Shown in pieces: positions 15,865 to 26,333 of a stretch of 32,000 nucleotides of DNA. Each line of letters starts with the position of its first letter. The stretch's first letter is position 1. The DNA comes from Raphidiopsis brookii D9 (GTDB taxonomy: Bacteria > Cyanobacteriota > Cyanobacteriia > Cyanobacteriales > Nostocaceae), in NCBI GenBank assembly GCA_000175855.1, contig ACYB01000031.1, positions 30,001 through 62,000 on the forward strand, read 5' to 3'. Below the pieces are notes generated by a model, which did no database searches, was not told the origin of the DNA, and was given only the letters and a program-made list of their open reading frames with translations. Position numbers and translations under genes: made by a program.

Positions 15865-16851
15865 TTAACCTCGACTGTAAGCACCCATTGGTTCCTTGAT
15901 AAACCGGATATAAAGATGTTTGAAAGTTGACTTAATTACACGGGGCATAGCAAAATCAATGGGCATTAAATTATCAGGTAATCGCCAGTCCTCTATTTGT
16001 AACAAATCCGGAGATAGATGGGGAAATTCTATATCAGTCAATTCAGGACAAATACCCAAATTTTGGGCAGCTACCATAGTAGGTACTTGCATGGGATCAA
16101 CCTTGAGTATTTCTAATACTGCTCGGTCTAGGGCAAACACATTCTCTGATGCACCTAAAACACCTAGCTCGCGGGGTTCACCACCACTAGGTCCATTACC
16201 TTCATGACCAATAATCCCATCCAAAATAGTCAAGCTAGGATTAATTGCTCTAGCAGTTTCTACCAACATTTCTCCGAATTTTTTGGCATCTTTACCTGCT
16301 TCCATGTGCCACCAAGCTTTCATCTTTCCTGGAACACAACCAAACAGATTCTTTACTCCCATAGTCACTGTTAATTGCATATGGGATTTCACTTTTGGTA
16401 AATTAATAATGACATCTGTTTCCATGGCTTCTTTTGATAAAAGCAGATGATTAAATTCATAGCTTTTTCCAGAACCCTCAGGACAGGTATAACGTTGACC
16501 ACGAAATTCCACAATGGGAATGTTCAACTCCTCTAAAATTGGCAACAATCCATTAGCTCTGGCCACACCCTTGGCAGTACCAAAAGCTGGACTGTCTCCT
16601 AAAAAAGGTTTTCCACCAGCCTCTATCACTTGCTGCGCAACAGCGCGAATCAGTTCTGGACGAGTGGTACATTCCTTGGTGGGTCGAGCACCTGTTAATA
16701 AATTGGGTTTCAATAGTACCCGGTTTCCAGGTTTAACGAAAGCTCCTATTCCCCCCAAGGGATCTAATAGGGTAGTTAGGGATTCTTTTAAAGCATCCTG
16801 TTGGTAGGATGTGGCTCTAATTAAACTAACTTGTGGTTTTGTTGTCAGCAT
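15865..16851 (-). CDS. DUF362-like domain protein
   Basis: 328-aa ORF. The N-terminal pattern (VSLIRATSY, FVKPGNRVLLKPNLL) resembles the DUF362 family. This is recall-based and not verified by search. Confidence 0.65.
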   Translation of the reverse strand: MLTTKPQVSLIRATSYQQDALKESLTTLLDPLGGIGAFVKPGNRVLLKPNLLTGARPTKECTTRPELIRAVAQQVIEAGGKPFLGDSPAFGTAKGVARANGLLPILEELNIPIVEFRGQRYTCPEGSGKSYEFNHLLLSKEAMETDVIINLPKVKSHMQLTVTMGVKNLFGCVPGKMKAWWHMEAGKDAKKFGEMLVETARAINPSLTILDGIIGHEGNGPSGGEPRELGVLGASENVFALDRAVLEILKVDPMQVPTMVAAQNLGICPELTDIEFPHLSPDLLQIEDWRLPDNLMPIDFAMPRVIKSTFKHLYIRFIKEPMGAYSRG

Positions 16852-16943
16852 AAGTTAAGGAGTGATTAATTGGTTTTAGTTAATTCATTTTAAATTGATT
16901 GTAAAAGGGAGTTTCAGGTTTACCCAGCTCCCCCCGCAAAAAA

Positions 16944-18350
16944 CTAGGAAAGTGGCACAATAGTACTCATTTGTTCCAAATCTAAAACCAAGGCCAGTTG
17001 TTCTTCAGTCATTAGACCCTTTTCTAAAACAATTTGTCTTAGAGATTTCCCGGTTTGCAAGGACTCCTTGGCTACAGCAGCAGCATTTAAATAACCAATA
17101 TGAGTATTTAACGCTGTAACTAAAGCTAAGCTTCCCTCAGCATAACCTAAACATCTTTCCCTGTTGGCAATAATACCCTGAATACAATTATCTGTCAAAG
17201 CTCCAATTGTATTACCTAGTATTTCAATACTATGAATTAAATTATAGGCTATAAGCGGCATCATCACATTTAATTCTAATTGTCCCGCTTGGGCAGCAAG
17301 AGCGATCGCCTGGTCATATCCCATCACCTGAAAACAAACCATAGATGTCATTTCTGCTATAACTGGATTATACTTACCTGGCATAATCGAAGATCCTGGT
17401 TGCACAGGAGGTAATTGAATCTCTTTGAATCCGGTTTTAGGTCCAGAATCCATCAAGCGTAAATCATGGGAGATTTTGACCATATCTTGTGCTAGATTAC
17501 GCACTGCACCAGAAGTATTAACAAACGCTCCCATACTTTGCATAACAGCCATTAAATGGGGTGCTGGTTCCAGGGGAATTTCTAATAATTGGGAAAGCAC
17601 TTCCACTACCCGTTTGCGGTATTCGGGGTGAGTGTTCATTCCCGTACCAGCTGCACTTCCCCCTAAACCCAAGACCATCAAATCCCCAGAAGCAGTGTAT
17701 ATACGATTTTGATGTTCACTAAGAATATGGGACCAAGCTCGAAAATTCTCTCCTAACCGCACTGGAACCGCATCCTGAAGGTGGGTTCTTCCCGATTTAA
17801 CAATGTCTTGAAATTCCACTGCTTTTGCTTCTAGGGTGGCAATTGCCTTTTCTAATACGGGATGTAGGGTTTGGGTTAAGGCCAATAAACCACCCAGTCT
17901 AATAGCTGTAGGAATGACATCATTGGTAGACTGACCATAGTTAACATGATCGTTAGGACTAACCCGCTGGTAATTTCCTTTCTCATCCCCCAAAATCTCT
18001 AGGGCTCGATTGGCTAGAACTTCGTTAATGTTCATGTGGTGAGATGTACCTGCTCCTGCTTGGTAAACATCTACTACAAACTGATCTCGTAATTTCCCCC
18101 CTAGTATTTCGTCTGTCGCTTGAACTATGGCTTTACTTATATCTAATGGGATACAATTTAACTCACCGTTAACTATTGCAGTTGCTTTCTTAATGTATAC
18201 ACAGGCATCTACATAGCTGGCTAGTGGCTTGATTCCACTTATGGGGAAGTTCTCCAGGGCCCGTTGGGTTTGGATCCCATAATATACGCTATTGGGAATT
18301 TGCCGATCGCCCATGGAATCCCGTTCAATGCGAAAATCTATATTACTCAT
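16944..18350 (-). CDS. aspA: Aspartate ammonia-lyase (fumarase/aspartase superfamily)
   Basis: 468-aa ORF with the superfamily signature GSSIMPGKYNP. Blocks DQFVVDVYQAGAGTS, KAVEFQDIVKSGRTHLQDAVP and KSLRQIVLEKGLMTEEQL match E. coli AspA better than FumC by eye. Confidence 0.75.
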   Translation of the reverse strand: MSNIDFRIERDSMGDRQIPNSVYYGIQTQRALENFPISGIKPLASYVDACVYIKKATAIVNGELNCIPLDISKAIVQATDEILGGKLRDQFVVDVYQAGAGTSHHMNINEVLANRALEILGDEKGNYQRVSPNDHVNYGQSTNDVIPTAIRLGGLLALTQTLHPVLEKAIATLEAKAVEFQDIVKSGRTHLQDAVPVRLGENFRAWSHILSEHQNRIYTASGDLMVLGLGGSAAGTGMNTHPEYRKRVVEVLSQLLEIPLEPAPHLMAVMQSMGAFVNTSGAVRNLAQDMVKISHDLRLMDSGPKTGFKEIQLPPVQPGSSIMPGKYNPVIAEMTSMVCFQVMGYDQAIALAAQAGQLELNVMMPLIAYNLIHSIEILGNTIGALTDNCIQGIIANRERCLGYAEGSLALVTALNTHIGYLNAAAVAKESLQTGKSLRQIVLEKGLMTEEQLALVLDLEQMSTIVPLS

Positions 18351-18476
18351 AATTACTCACATAGTTAATGATAGCTTATTGGAGATTTCCTGTATGTGAT
18401 ACTATAGTAGTATTAGGATCCTCCTTTTCCATTTGTTTACTTCAAGGTGAAACATACCTGAATACCCGTTAACAAA

Positions 18477-19169
18477 TTGTCTAACACACTACTAATCGCC
18501 GGAACTGACACAGGTGCTGGCAAGACCCTACTAACCTGTTCTATAGCGTCTTACTGGGTAAAATACTTTCCCCAAAGTCGCTTGGGAATTATGAAACCCT
18601 TACAGTCTGGTATAGGTGATAAAGAAACCTATCAGTCACTTTTTAACTTGGATCAGTCCGAGGAAGAAATTACCCCTTTGTATTTTCAAGCACCCTTGGC
18701 ACCTCCAATTGCTGCGGCCAAGGAAAATCGCACTATTGATTTGGGTTTGGTTTGGCGAACTTTTCTCAAATTACAAAGGGAACGGGATTTTTTACTGGTG
18801 GAGTCCCTCGGGGGTTTAGGTTCACCCGTAACGGATGAATTGACCGTGGCTGATTTGGCGGGGGAATGGCGCTTACCAACGGTTCTGGTTGTTCCTGTTA
18901 GGTTAGGTGCTATTGCCCAAGCTGTGGCTAATGCAGCTTTGGCTAGACAAGCCAAAATAAACTTATTGGGGATTGTTTTGAATTGTAACCAACCTCGTTC
19001 GGAAGAAGAAATGAGTGATTTAACGCCAACCCATTTAATCGAGTCTTTAACTAACTTTCCGGTTTTAGGTTGTTTACCATACCTAGAGGATGTGAATGAC
19101 TTAGAAGCACTGGCTGAACTTGGATCCAACTTGACAATTCCTGTATGGTCTGGATTGCAGGTTGGCTGA
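18477..19169 (+). CDS. bioD: Dethiobiotin synthase
   Basis: 230-aa ORF with a TTG start and P-loop IAGTDTGAGKTLLT. The overall length fits BioD. Confidence 0.85.
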   Translation: MSNTLLIAGTDTGAGKTLLTCSIASYWVKYFPQSRLGIMKPLQSGIGDKETYQSLFNLDQSEEEITPLYFQAPLAPPIAAAKENRTIDLGLVWRTFLKLQRERDFLLVESLGGLGSPVTDELTVADLAGEWRLPTVLVVPVRLGAIAQAVANAALARQAKINLLGIVLNCNQPRSEEEMSDLTPTHLIESLTNFPVLGCLPYLEDVNDLEALAELGSNLTIPVWSGLQVG

Positions 19170-19176
19170 GTTTGGT

Positions 19177-19935
19177 TTATATAGAAAATGCTTTGATAAT
19201 ATTTTCTGCCATATCAAAATTAGCTGTTACACTTTGCACATCATCCAAACCCTCTAGAGTATCAATCAGTTTCAGCAGAGACTTGGCTTGGTCTATATGG
19301 GTAACTTCCACTTCATTTTGGGGAATCCAACGTATTTCCACCTCTGTCAGTTTAAAATCTTTAGCTTTGAGTGTTTGACTCAATTTCTCTAGGTCAGATA
19401 CCTGAGTGAACACCTCAGCTACTTGTTGGTCAATCATTTCATAGCTCTCAGCATCACCGATAAGGGATGCTTCTAATAAGTTCTCCTCATTTTCTATCCC
19501 CCTAACTATACAAACCCCTTTTTGGGAAAACATCCAACTGACACAACCGGTTTCTCCCAAATTTCCCCCATTTTTACTGAAAGCAACCCGTAAATCCGCT
19601 GCGGTTCGATTGCGGTTGTCTGTTAATGCTTCCACTAATATGGCTACCCCACCTGGTCCATAACCTTCGTAGCGAATCTCTTCTAAACTATTACTATCAC
19701 TACCTAAAATACCCGCACCTTTGGCGATCGCCCTTTCAATATTATCATTGGGGATACCTGCTGCTTTAGCTTTGTCAATAGCTGTTCGCAGTTGGAAATT
19801 TCCTGTGGGGTCTGGTATGCCATTTTTAGCAGCAATAATAATTGCCCGGGAAAGTTGAGTGAAAACACTGCCTTTTTTAGCATCTACTACCGCTTTTTGA
19901 CGTTTAATATTTGCCCATTTACTATGTCCTGCCAT
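19177..19935 (-). CDS. yebC: YebC/PmpR-family DNA-binding regulator
   Basis: The canonical N-terminus MAGHSKWANIKRQK begins at the ATG at 19935. The track ORF adds 5 codons upstream. Confidence 0.9.
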   Translation of the reverse strand: MAGHSKWANIKRQKAVVDAKKGSVFTQLSRAIIIAAKNGIPDPTGNFQLRTAIDKAKAAGIPNDNIERAIAKGAGILGSDSNSLEEIRYEGYGPGGVAILVEALTDNRNRTAADLRVAFSKNGGNLGETGCVSWMFSQKGVCIVRGIENEENLLEASLIGDAESYEMIDQQVAEVFTQVSDLEKLSQTLKAKDFKLTEVEIRWIPQNEVEVTHIDQAKSLLKLIDTLEGLDDVQSVTANFDMAENIIKAFSI

Positions 19936-19993
19936 AACTAGCACCAACAAAACTAATTAAGACTAAACTACTACTAAACCATGACAGTCAGGG

Positions 19994-20782
19994 TTATTGC
20001 TCCGTTAGTTTCACCAAACCAACACCACCAAAATACAAAGCGAGGACTGCTCCTGCTAATAGACTTTGGGTGAGGGGATCGGTAGAGGGTGTTAACACTG
20101 CTCCTAAAACCATAGATAACATAATCACCAGTCTCCAACCATTAAGCATTTGTTGTGATGAAACAATTCCTAACTTGCTTAGCAATAATTGAATAACTGG
20201 AATTTGAAAGGCTAAACCAGTACTAAATAATAGCAGCAGAATAAATTCAAAATATTTTTCAATTGACCATAGCTGCTCTACTACGTCAGCTCCATACTTA
20301 ACAAAAAATTGTAAAGCGGCAGGAATAAGTAATAAATAGGCAAATACTAATCCGCCTAAAAACAATATACTAGAGCCAAAAACTATGGGAGCTAATAGTC
20401 GGCGTTCACGACGAGTTAAACCGGGTAAAACAAACTGAATAATCTGATAAAGAATTACGGGACTGGATAGAACTAACCCGCTATAACCAGCAACCTTGAG
20501 GGAGACGAAAAAATACTCTCCTGGTGCTAATTGCAAAAATTTAATCCCTTGAGCTGGTATTTCTAGTAGTCGCACCAGGGGTTTGACTACTAAAAAACAA
20601 CTCACAATACCTACCACCACAGCAATTAAAGAATAGAAAATGCGCTGTCGCAGTTCTTCCAGATGGTCAAAAAACGGCATTTCTACTTCGTCTGGGAGTT
20701 CATCTAGGGGATCTACAGGTAAATTACTGGTGTCCTCAGCAAAATCTATGGTTTCTGTCTCTGTTTCTGGTAAAGGTGTCAT
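19994..20782 (-). CDS. tatC: Twin-arginine translocase subunit TatC
   Basis: 262-aa ORF. It has an acidic N-terminal extension, then [15 protein letters not shown], and a six-TM layout. Confidence 0.9.
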   Translation of the reverse strand: MTPLPETETETIDFAEDTSNLPVDPLDELPDEVEMPFFDHLEELRQRIFYSLIAVVVGIVSCFLVVKPLVRLLEIPAQGIKFLQLAPGEYFFVSLKVAGYSGLVLSSPVILYQIIQFVLPGLTRRERRLLAPIVFGSSILFLGGLVFAYLLLIPAALQFFVKYGADVVEQLWSIEKYFEFILLLLFSTGLAFQIPVIQLLLSKLGIVSSQQMLNGWRLVIMLSMVLGAVLTPSTDPLTQSLLAGAVLALYFGGVGLVKLTEQ

Positions 20783-20824
20783 GAGTTGGGTTGAGTTAGC
20801 AACATTCCTTAACTATTTTATCTT

Positions 20825-23005
20825 TTAATTTCCAGATTTGGCGTATTTACTAACTAGCGCTGAAATCTCCGGGTTATACAACCGTAAGTAATTCCAATAA
20901 TTCCCCAACACCTGACGCACGTAATTTCTGGTTTCCCCAAAGGGTATTTCCTCCACAAATTCGTCGAGATCCTGTTTGGGTATGGTTCGCAACCACTTGG
21001 CAACGTTGCCAGGTCCTGCATTATAACTGGCGATCGCCAACATGGAATTATTATTATATTGCTGGTGGGTATGATCTAAATACCAGGTCCCCAACATAAT
21101 ATTATCATTGGGGTTTTCCAGGTTAATATTTTTCATATCCACACTAATTTGTGGTGCTATCCATTTAGCAGTATTTGGCATCACTTGCATTAAACCCACA
21201 GCACCAGCTACTGATTTAATTTTAGGTTGGAACATTGATTCCTGTCTCATTAAAGCTACCACTAGGAGGGGGTTCACCTGACGAGCTGAAGACCACTTTT
21301 GTATTGGTTCTAAGTACAACAGGGGATATCGTGCTTGCCAATAGGTAATTTGCCGACTTAAAACAGCATATTCCGCCCTTTCCTCCGGAGTTTCCCTATC
21401 TTCCAACTGAGATATCTTAGCAATACCAATGAGGTTATCACCCTTTACTAAGCGCATCAACCCTTCCGTGAACTGTTCCTTTACAGTGGGCTGATTGTTA
21501 TTTTTAAATCCCGTCTCCCACTCATACCAGGCATCCCGATCTTGTGCCATTAAATACAGTTCTTTAAAAGAATCCGTACCAGCAGGGGGTAGGGGACGTT
21601 GGGTTAGGGTAATTTGGGGATTGAGTAGGCGTAGATTATTAAAATCACCCACGTCCCATCCCAGGATTCTAGCGGAGCGCCAAGCATAATAAGATTGGGG
21701 AAAATTAGCCAGTACGTACTCATAAGACTTACGAGCTTCCTCATTTTTACCCAGTAGACTTGCCCACTTACCTACCCAAAAACTAGCTCTTGGTGCTAAA
21801 ATGCTGGCAGGATTCTGGGTAGGAATTGGTTGTGCCCACTCCCATGCGCCAACATAATCACGGTTTTTAGCCTTAGTCAGAGCAGTTTGCCAACGGTATT
21901 CTGTGGCAGCATCAGAGCTGCTATATTTACTTAGAAGTAATTTCCAAGTTTGATTAGCTGACTGATTATCTTTGAGACTGGTCAGCAATTTAGCCTTTTG
22001 TGCTAATGCTTGTGGTGCTTGGGAAGGAAATTGAGCAATTATTTGGTCAAGATAAGCTATGGCATCCCTCCCAGGAGCCATTTCTGCCAACCTTAACAGA
22101 GCTGTTCCTGTTTCTTTCTCCTTAGGAAACAACTTGACTTGTTGTTTATAAATTACAATTGCCGATTCCCGTTTCTTGTCTAACTGTAAACCTCGAGCAG
22201 TGCGATATAGGTTTTTAGCTGTTTGAGGAGCATTTTTATAGGCACTGCTGGCTTTAATAAACTCATTATTATCCCAATATGCTGCACCAATCAGTTCCCA
22301 ATCTGCTGGGGTGAGCAAAGACTGTTGAAGTTGAACCAAGTTATCTAAAAAACCTACGGTTCCTGGTTCATTAGTGGCATACTTAGCCAAGACTAATTGT
22401 AATTTGGGTTGATTGGGGTTTTCTCGCAGACGATTGCGGATAATTTCCCAAGTGAGTGGGTGGGAGGGAAATTCGGCGATCGCCCGTTCCTGTAGTTTGG
22501 GTTGTCCAATGAGATACATGGCTTTCACCGCTGCAGGACTTTTTGGATAATCCCTTAATACCCTTTGGCGCAGGTCAGAAGCTAACCCTTTTTCCCCCAA
22601 CATGTCTTGAGCTTGGGCTTGTTTCAATAAAATATAAGGTGCCAAAACTGGATAATCTTTTTCCAAACCCACCAATAATTCCAACGCTGGTTTACCTTGA
22701 TTAGTTTGAATATAATCACTGGCCAACACATAGCGGGCCCTTTCTCGGTCTGGAGAGTCTCCTTTTTCAGCAATTTCCCTGAGCTTACTAGATCTTTCTG
22801 GTAAAGATTGAGCTATAGTCATGCCAACAGCGGAAGGAGATTGGTCAATTTGAGTTGACTGATCTGCTTGGATATGAATCAGGTCAAACCATTTGCCCAA
22901 TGTTTTTTGTGCTTGGGGAAATGAGAATCCCACACCCAAGAGAAAGGCACCGAGCCCCGCTCCCGTAATTAAATAGACTTGCTTGTTTTGTAGTTTTTTT
23001 AACAT
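20825..23005 (-). CDS. Soluble lytic murein transglycosylase (Slt70-like)
   Basis: 726-aa ORF. It has an N-terminal signal anchor and a long helical-repeat region. The C-terminal SLT domain shows LMRQESMFQP, GLMQVMP and SYNAGPGN. Confidence 0.85.
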   Translation of the reverse strand: MLKKLQNKQVYLITGAGLGAFLLGVGFSFPQAQKTLGKWFDLIHIQADQSTQIDQSPSAVGMTIAQSLPERSSKLREIAEKGDSPDRERARYVLASDYIQTNQGKPALELLVGLEKDYPVLAPYILLKQAQAQDMLGEKGLASDLRQRVLRDYPKSPAAVKAMYLIGQPKLQERAIAEFPSHPLTWEIIRNRLRENPNQPKLQLVLAKYATNEPGTVGFLDNLVQLQQSLLTPADWELIGAAYWDNNEFIKASSAYKNAPQTAKNLYRTARGLQLDKKRESAIVIYKQQVKLFPKEKETGTALLRLAEMAPGRDAIAYLDQIIAQFPSQAPQALAQKAKLLTSLKDNQSANQTWKLLLSKYSSSDAATEYRWQTALTKAKNRDYVGAWEWAQPIPTQNPASILAPRASFWVGKWASLLGKNEEARKSYEYVLANFPQSYYAWRSARILGWDVGDFNNLRLLNPQITLTQRPLPPAGTDSFKELYLMAQDRDAWYEWETGFKNNNQPTVKEQFTEGLMRLVKGDNLIGIAKISQLEDRETPEERAEYAVLSRQITYWQARYPLLYLEPIQKWSSARQVNPLLVVALMRQESMFQPKIKSVAGAVGLMQVMPNTAKWIAPQISVDMKNINLENPNDNIMLGTWYLDHTHQQYNNNSMLAIASYNAGPGNVAKWLRTIPKQDLDEFVEEIPFGETRNYVRQVLGNYWNYLRLYNPEISALVSKYAKSGN

Positions 23006-23158
23006 GGATACTTACTTCTAGCCTAGCCAATGGCTCAAAAACTTTGGGAATCAATCTGCCATTTCTGGGATATTAGACAATCAGTTTGGACAAGGCGCAT
23101 TTTGGGAACATAACTTTATGGTAGCAACTTAAAAGAATCACAAAAACCCTGCATACTT

Positions 23159-23722
23159 CTAGTCAAAAACCTTTGTTCTTTTTTGAGTGGTTTCCGCAGT
23201 AATCTGATAAAATCTGTTGCCAACTAAAAATACTCTCTGCTTGACAACTTTAGCGTCAGCAGTAGTATAGTTTACTTCTATACCCACGTTATCACCCAAG
23301 GTCTTTTTTTCCTCACTGACAATAGTTCCCCGGACTCTCTGTAATGCTGTACTTTTGCCCTGCTCTATAGCTTGTTCCACCAGATTTTTACTTCGTAACA
23401 ATTGAATATATTGTGCTGGATAATCAATGTAAGCAACCGTATATTTTGCTTCCTCCTGGGGGCGATTTACGGTAAATAGATTTACCTGCAGTTCCCCATT
23501 ATCACTGGGCATCTTTTGCTGGCTAAACCTTGGCGTACCCGGAAACAACACCGTAAATTTTCCTTCCTGTGAGGAAAACTGCTGCCATACGGATTTTACT
23601 TGTGCTAATTGACTAGTAGTCGTAGTTTGACCAGTGGTGTAATCATCATATATAAATACACTAACCAGGGGTAGTGAAATAACCGATATAAACGATATCA
23701 ATTTAGTGGTTTTTGTAATCAT
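23159..23722 (-). CDS. Hypothetical membrane-anchored or secreted protein
   Basis: 187-aa ORF with an N-terminal hydrophobic segment (LISFISVISLPLVSVFIY). Its start overlaps the stop of the upstream monooxygenase gene in an ATGA (23719..23722), suggesting translational coupling. Confidence 0.6.
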   Translation of the reverse strand: MITKTTKLISFISVISLPLVSVFIYDDYTTGQTTTTSQLAQVKSVWQQFSSQEGKFTVLFPGTPRFSQQKMPSDNGELQVNLFTVNRPQEEAKYTVAYIDYPAQYIQLLRSKNLVEQAIEQGKSTALQRVRGTIVSEEKKTLGDNVGIEVNYTTADAKVVKQRVFLVGNRFYQITAETTQKRTKVFD

Positions 23723-25023
23723 AACTGGTTATTTAGTCCATGGAAGTTGGTATTTACCGTTGATTGAGCTAATTGGGGGGTTTTACCCTGGAAACCAATC
23801 ATTAATTTTAGGGCAAAAAGCTTTAACATCGGGATCCTCTGCATTAACCATAAACCCAAACGACGAATAATGACCATAGGCAAGATGTTATTGGAGAACA
23901 TACGGTCTAATAGGTCTGTAAACCCTAAAATGGCCAAATTTTCATTTTTGCGCCAGCGTTCATACTGCTGCAGAATCTGGATAGTACCAATATCCTTTCC
24001 TTCGTGGTGAGCTGTTTGAATAACTTCAGCTAAAGCAGCAGCATCCCGGATACCTAAATTTAAACCCTGTCCACCCACGGGATGACAGTTATGAGCTGCA
24101 TCACCCACCAAAGCCAACCGGGGGAGAACATAGCGATCGCTCTGCATTAACTGTACCTGAAAAATGAAGCGGTCTCCGAGCAATTCTAATTTACCCATCT
24201 GGTGACCGTAGCGACGAGTCAATTCTGCCAAAAACTCCTCATCACTTAAAGCACACAAGGTTTTAGCTTCTTCGTGGGGAGCAGTCCACACAATACGACA
24301 CCTATTACCAGGTAGGGGTAGGATTGCAAAGGGTCCGCTTTGCCAGAATTTTTCATAAGCAGTATAGTTATGGGACTTCTCAGGTCTAACAAAAGCGACT
24401 ATACAAGATTGCCAATATTTCCAACCCTTAGTTTTAATTCCTGCAGCTTGACGAATAGGGGACTTAGAACCATCAGCAGCTACCATTAACTTAGTGCGAA
24501 CTACTTGGTCTGCACCATTTACCCGAATATTTACATTTACCATATCCCCAGTAGTTTGAGTACTAACCACAGTAGCAGGACACAAGTAATTAACATTGGC
24601 ACAAGTTTTGACAAATTCCTGGAGGGGTTCCAACAGGGCAAAATGCTCTGCCACATAACCCAGTTCTGGCGTTTCTCGCCCCAAATCGGATGTTTGAAAT
24701 TTGACTACATTTGGATATTCAGCATCCGATAGAAACACTTGTCTATACTTGGCAATATGAGGGAGAATTTTTTCCCAAATACCAATACCCTGAAAAATGC
24801 GTGCTGACAACATGTGTATAGCATAGGCTTGTCCCTTAGCTACTGCTGTGGATGTTACCTGGGCTTCAACCAAAAGAACCGTTAAGCCTGAATTCTTCAA
24901 AGCAGCAGCTAAAGTTAAACCAACAATACCACCACCCACAATCATCAAATCATAATCATGGCTTTCTGTGGTAGTTAGTCGGGAGTTAGGAGTTTGAGCA
25001 ACTTCAAATGATGAAAACGACAT
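23719..25023 (-). CDS. FAD-dependent monooxygenase, UbiH/UbiF/Coq6 family (probable prenylquinone hydroxylase)
   Basis: 434-aa ORF with the FAD-binding DLMIVGGGIVG and the family motif GDAAHNCHPVGGQGLNLGIRDA. Confidence 0.8.
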   Translation of the reverse strand: MSFSSFEVAQTPNSRLTTTESHDYDLMIVGGGIVGLTLAAALKNSGLTVLLVEAQVTSTAVAKGQAYAIHMLSARIFQGIGIWEKILPHIAKYRQVFLSDAEYPNVVKFQTSDLGRETPELGYVAEHFALLEPLQEFVKTCANVNYLCPATVVSTQTTGDMVNVNIRVNGADQVVRTKLMVAADGSKSPIRQAAGIKTKGWKYWQSCIVAFVRPEKSHNYTAYEKFWQSGPFAILPLPGNRCRIVWTAPHEEAKTLCALSDEEFLAELTRRYGHQMGKLELLGDRFIFQVQLMQSDRYVLPRLALVGDAAHNCHPVGGQGLNLGIRDAAALAEVIQTAHHEGKDIGTIQILQQYERWRKNENLAILGFTDLLDRMFSNNILPMVIIRRLGLWLMQRIPMLKLFALKLMIGFQGKTPQLAQSTVNTNFHGLNNQL

Positions 25024-25118
25024 TTTTAACCTAAGAAAACCTCTTACCTTCCATTTTTACCCAACTCTTCCTAGAGAGCAACCTGAATCGGCTTGCACGG
25101 CGTTTGTATTCCAATATA

Positions 25119-25192
25119 CTTAAAAAAATCTCAATCAAACCTTAACCAAACCTTAATCTTTTATTTAGCAGTTATTAAAAAAATCTTAATCA
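25119..25192 (+). promoter_or_regulatory. Pho-box array: seven 8-bp PyTTAAPyPy(T/A)-like repeats phased exactly every 11 bp
   Basis: The repeats are CTTAAAAA (25119), CTCAATCA (25130), CTTAACCA (25141), CTTAATCT (25152), ATTTAGCA (25163), ATTAAAAA (25174) and CTTAATCA (25185). A TATAAT lies at 25246..25251 and the pstS ATG at 25273. This matches the described cyanobacterial SphR (PhoB) binding-site architecture. Confidence 0.6.
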
Positions 25193-25272
25193 GTGAGGGA
25201 GAACCTAAGTTTAGGACGTAACTTCGTCAACCCAAAAATGGCTAGTATAATATCCCTTAAACACGAGGTATC

Positions 25273-26310
25273 ATGACATTAACCACTATTTTCCGTCCGG
25301 TAGTTGCTACAGCAGCACTAACAACAGTCCTAGGTTTTAGTCCATTATTAACAGCAATTGCTCAGGCTGAAACTTTAAATGGTGCAGGTGCGACCTTTCC
25401 TGCTCCTTTGTATGAGCGTTATGCAAGGGAAGTGAGAAAGAAACATCCAGAATTGAAAGTTAATTACCAAGCGATTGGTAGTGGTGGTGGGATTCGTCAA
25501 ACCATTGCAGGAACCGTAGATTTTGGTGCTAGCGATGCAGCTATGAAAGATGACGAAATAGCTAAAGTTAAAAATGGTGTAATATTGGTACCAACAGCTG
25601 GTGGTGCGGTCTCTGTGGTTTATAACTTGCCAGGAGTCAATAAACTCAGATTGTCTCGTAAAACCTTACCCGACATTTTTTCTGGTAAAATCACCGACTG
25701 GAATGATAAGCAAATTAAAGCAGATAATCCAGGTGTTAACCTACCCGACCAACCTATCAAATTTGTAGTCCGTGCAGATGGTAGTGGTACAACCTTTATT
25801 TTTACTAATCACCTGAGTTCTATCAATCCCTATTTCAAAGGTAGAATAGGGGCCAATACCGCACCAAAATGGACTCTACCTAACGCTTTAAAAGGAAAAG
25901 GAAATCCTGGTGTAGCTGCTTTAGTAGCTCGTACTCCCGGATCTATTGGTTATGTAGAATATGACTATGCTACTAAAAACAACCTAAAATCTGCGGAAAT
26001 ACAAAATAAAAAGGGAGAATTTCTCTCTCCTTCCCTAGCATCTGCTAATGCGGCCCTATCTACTGTCACATTTCCAGCCAATTATCGTGCGTTTGTTGGC
26101 GATCCAACACAAGGTTATCCCATTGTTGGTTTGACCTGGATGATGATATATCAAAAATACTCTAGTCCTTCCAAAGCTGATGCTATCAAAAAGTGGATTA
26201 ACTGGGTACTTAAAGATGGTCAACAGTTTAATGATGACCTAAATTACACAAAAATCCCCACAGATGTGGTTAACCGGGTTTTACAAACTGTGAATAGCAC
26301 TGTTAAGTAA
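25273..26310 (+). CDS. pstS: Phosphate ABC transporter substrate-binding protein
   Basis: 345-aa ORF with a signal peptide. LNGAGATFPAPLYERY and RADGSGTT motifs are present. Confidence 0.9.
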   Translation: MTLTTIFRPVVATAALTTVLGFSPLLTAIAQAETLNGAGATFPAPLYERYAREVRKKHPELKVNYQAIGSGGGIRQTIAGTVDFGASDAAMKDDEIAKVKNGVILVPTAGGAVSVVYNLPGVNKLRLSRKTLPDIFSGKITDWNDKQIKADNPGVNLPDQPIKFVVRADGSGTTFIFTNHLSSINPYFKGRIGANTAPKWTLPNALKGKGNPGVAALVARTPGSIGYVEYDYATKNNLKSAEIQNKKGEFLSPSLASANAALSTVTFPANYRAFVGDPTQGYPIVGLTWMMIYQKYSSPSKADAIKKWINWVLKDGQQFNDDLNYTKIPTDVVNRVLQTVNSTVK

Positions 26311-26333
26311 GTCCTTTTTAAAAACTAGGGGAA

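Noticed and set aside
16514-16807. Longer antisense ORFs that might look like overlapping genes: 16514..16807 (97 aa), 18686..19129 (147 aa) and 28866..29240 (124 aa).
   Set aside because: They lie opposite DUF362, bioD and pstB respectively. Their peptides are Ser/Pro/Lys/Arg-rich, as expected from translating the reverse complement of a real gene. There is no start context and there are no motifs.
16944-18350. Calling this gene class II fumarase (fumC) instead of aspA.
   Set aside because: Several blocks, and the NPV(I)xE context of the signature, match E. coli AspA better than FumC by eye. The distinction should still be confirmed by phylogeny, which is why confidence is below 0.8.
18391-18406. 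NtcA binding site (TGTA-N8-TACA) upstream of bioD or aspA.
   Set aside because: The sequence is TGTA-N8-TATA, so the critical TAC half-site is broken. No TAN3T -10 lies about 22 nt downstream in either direction.
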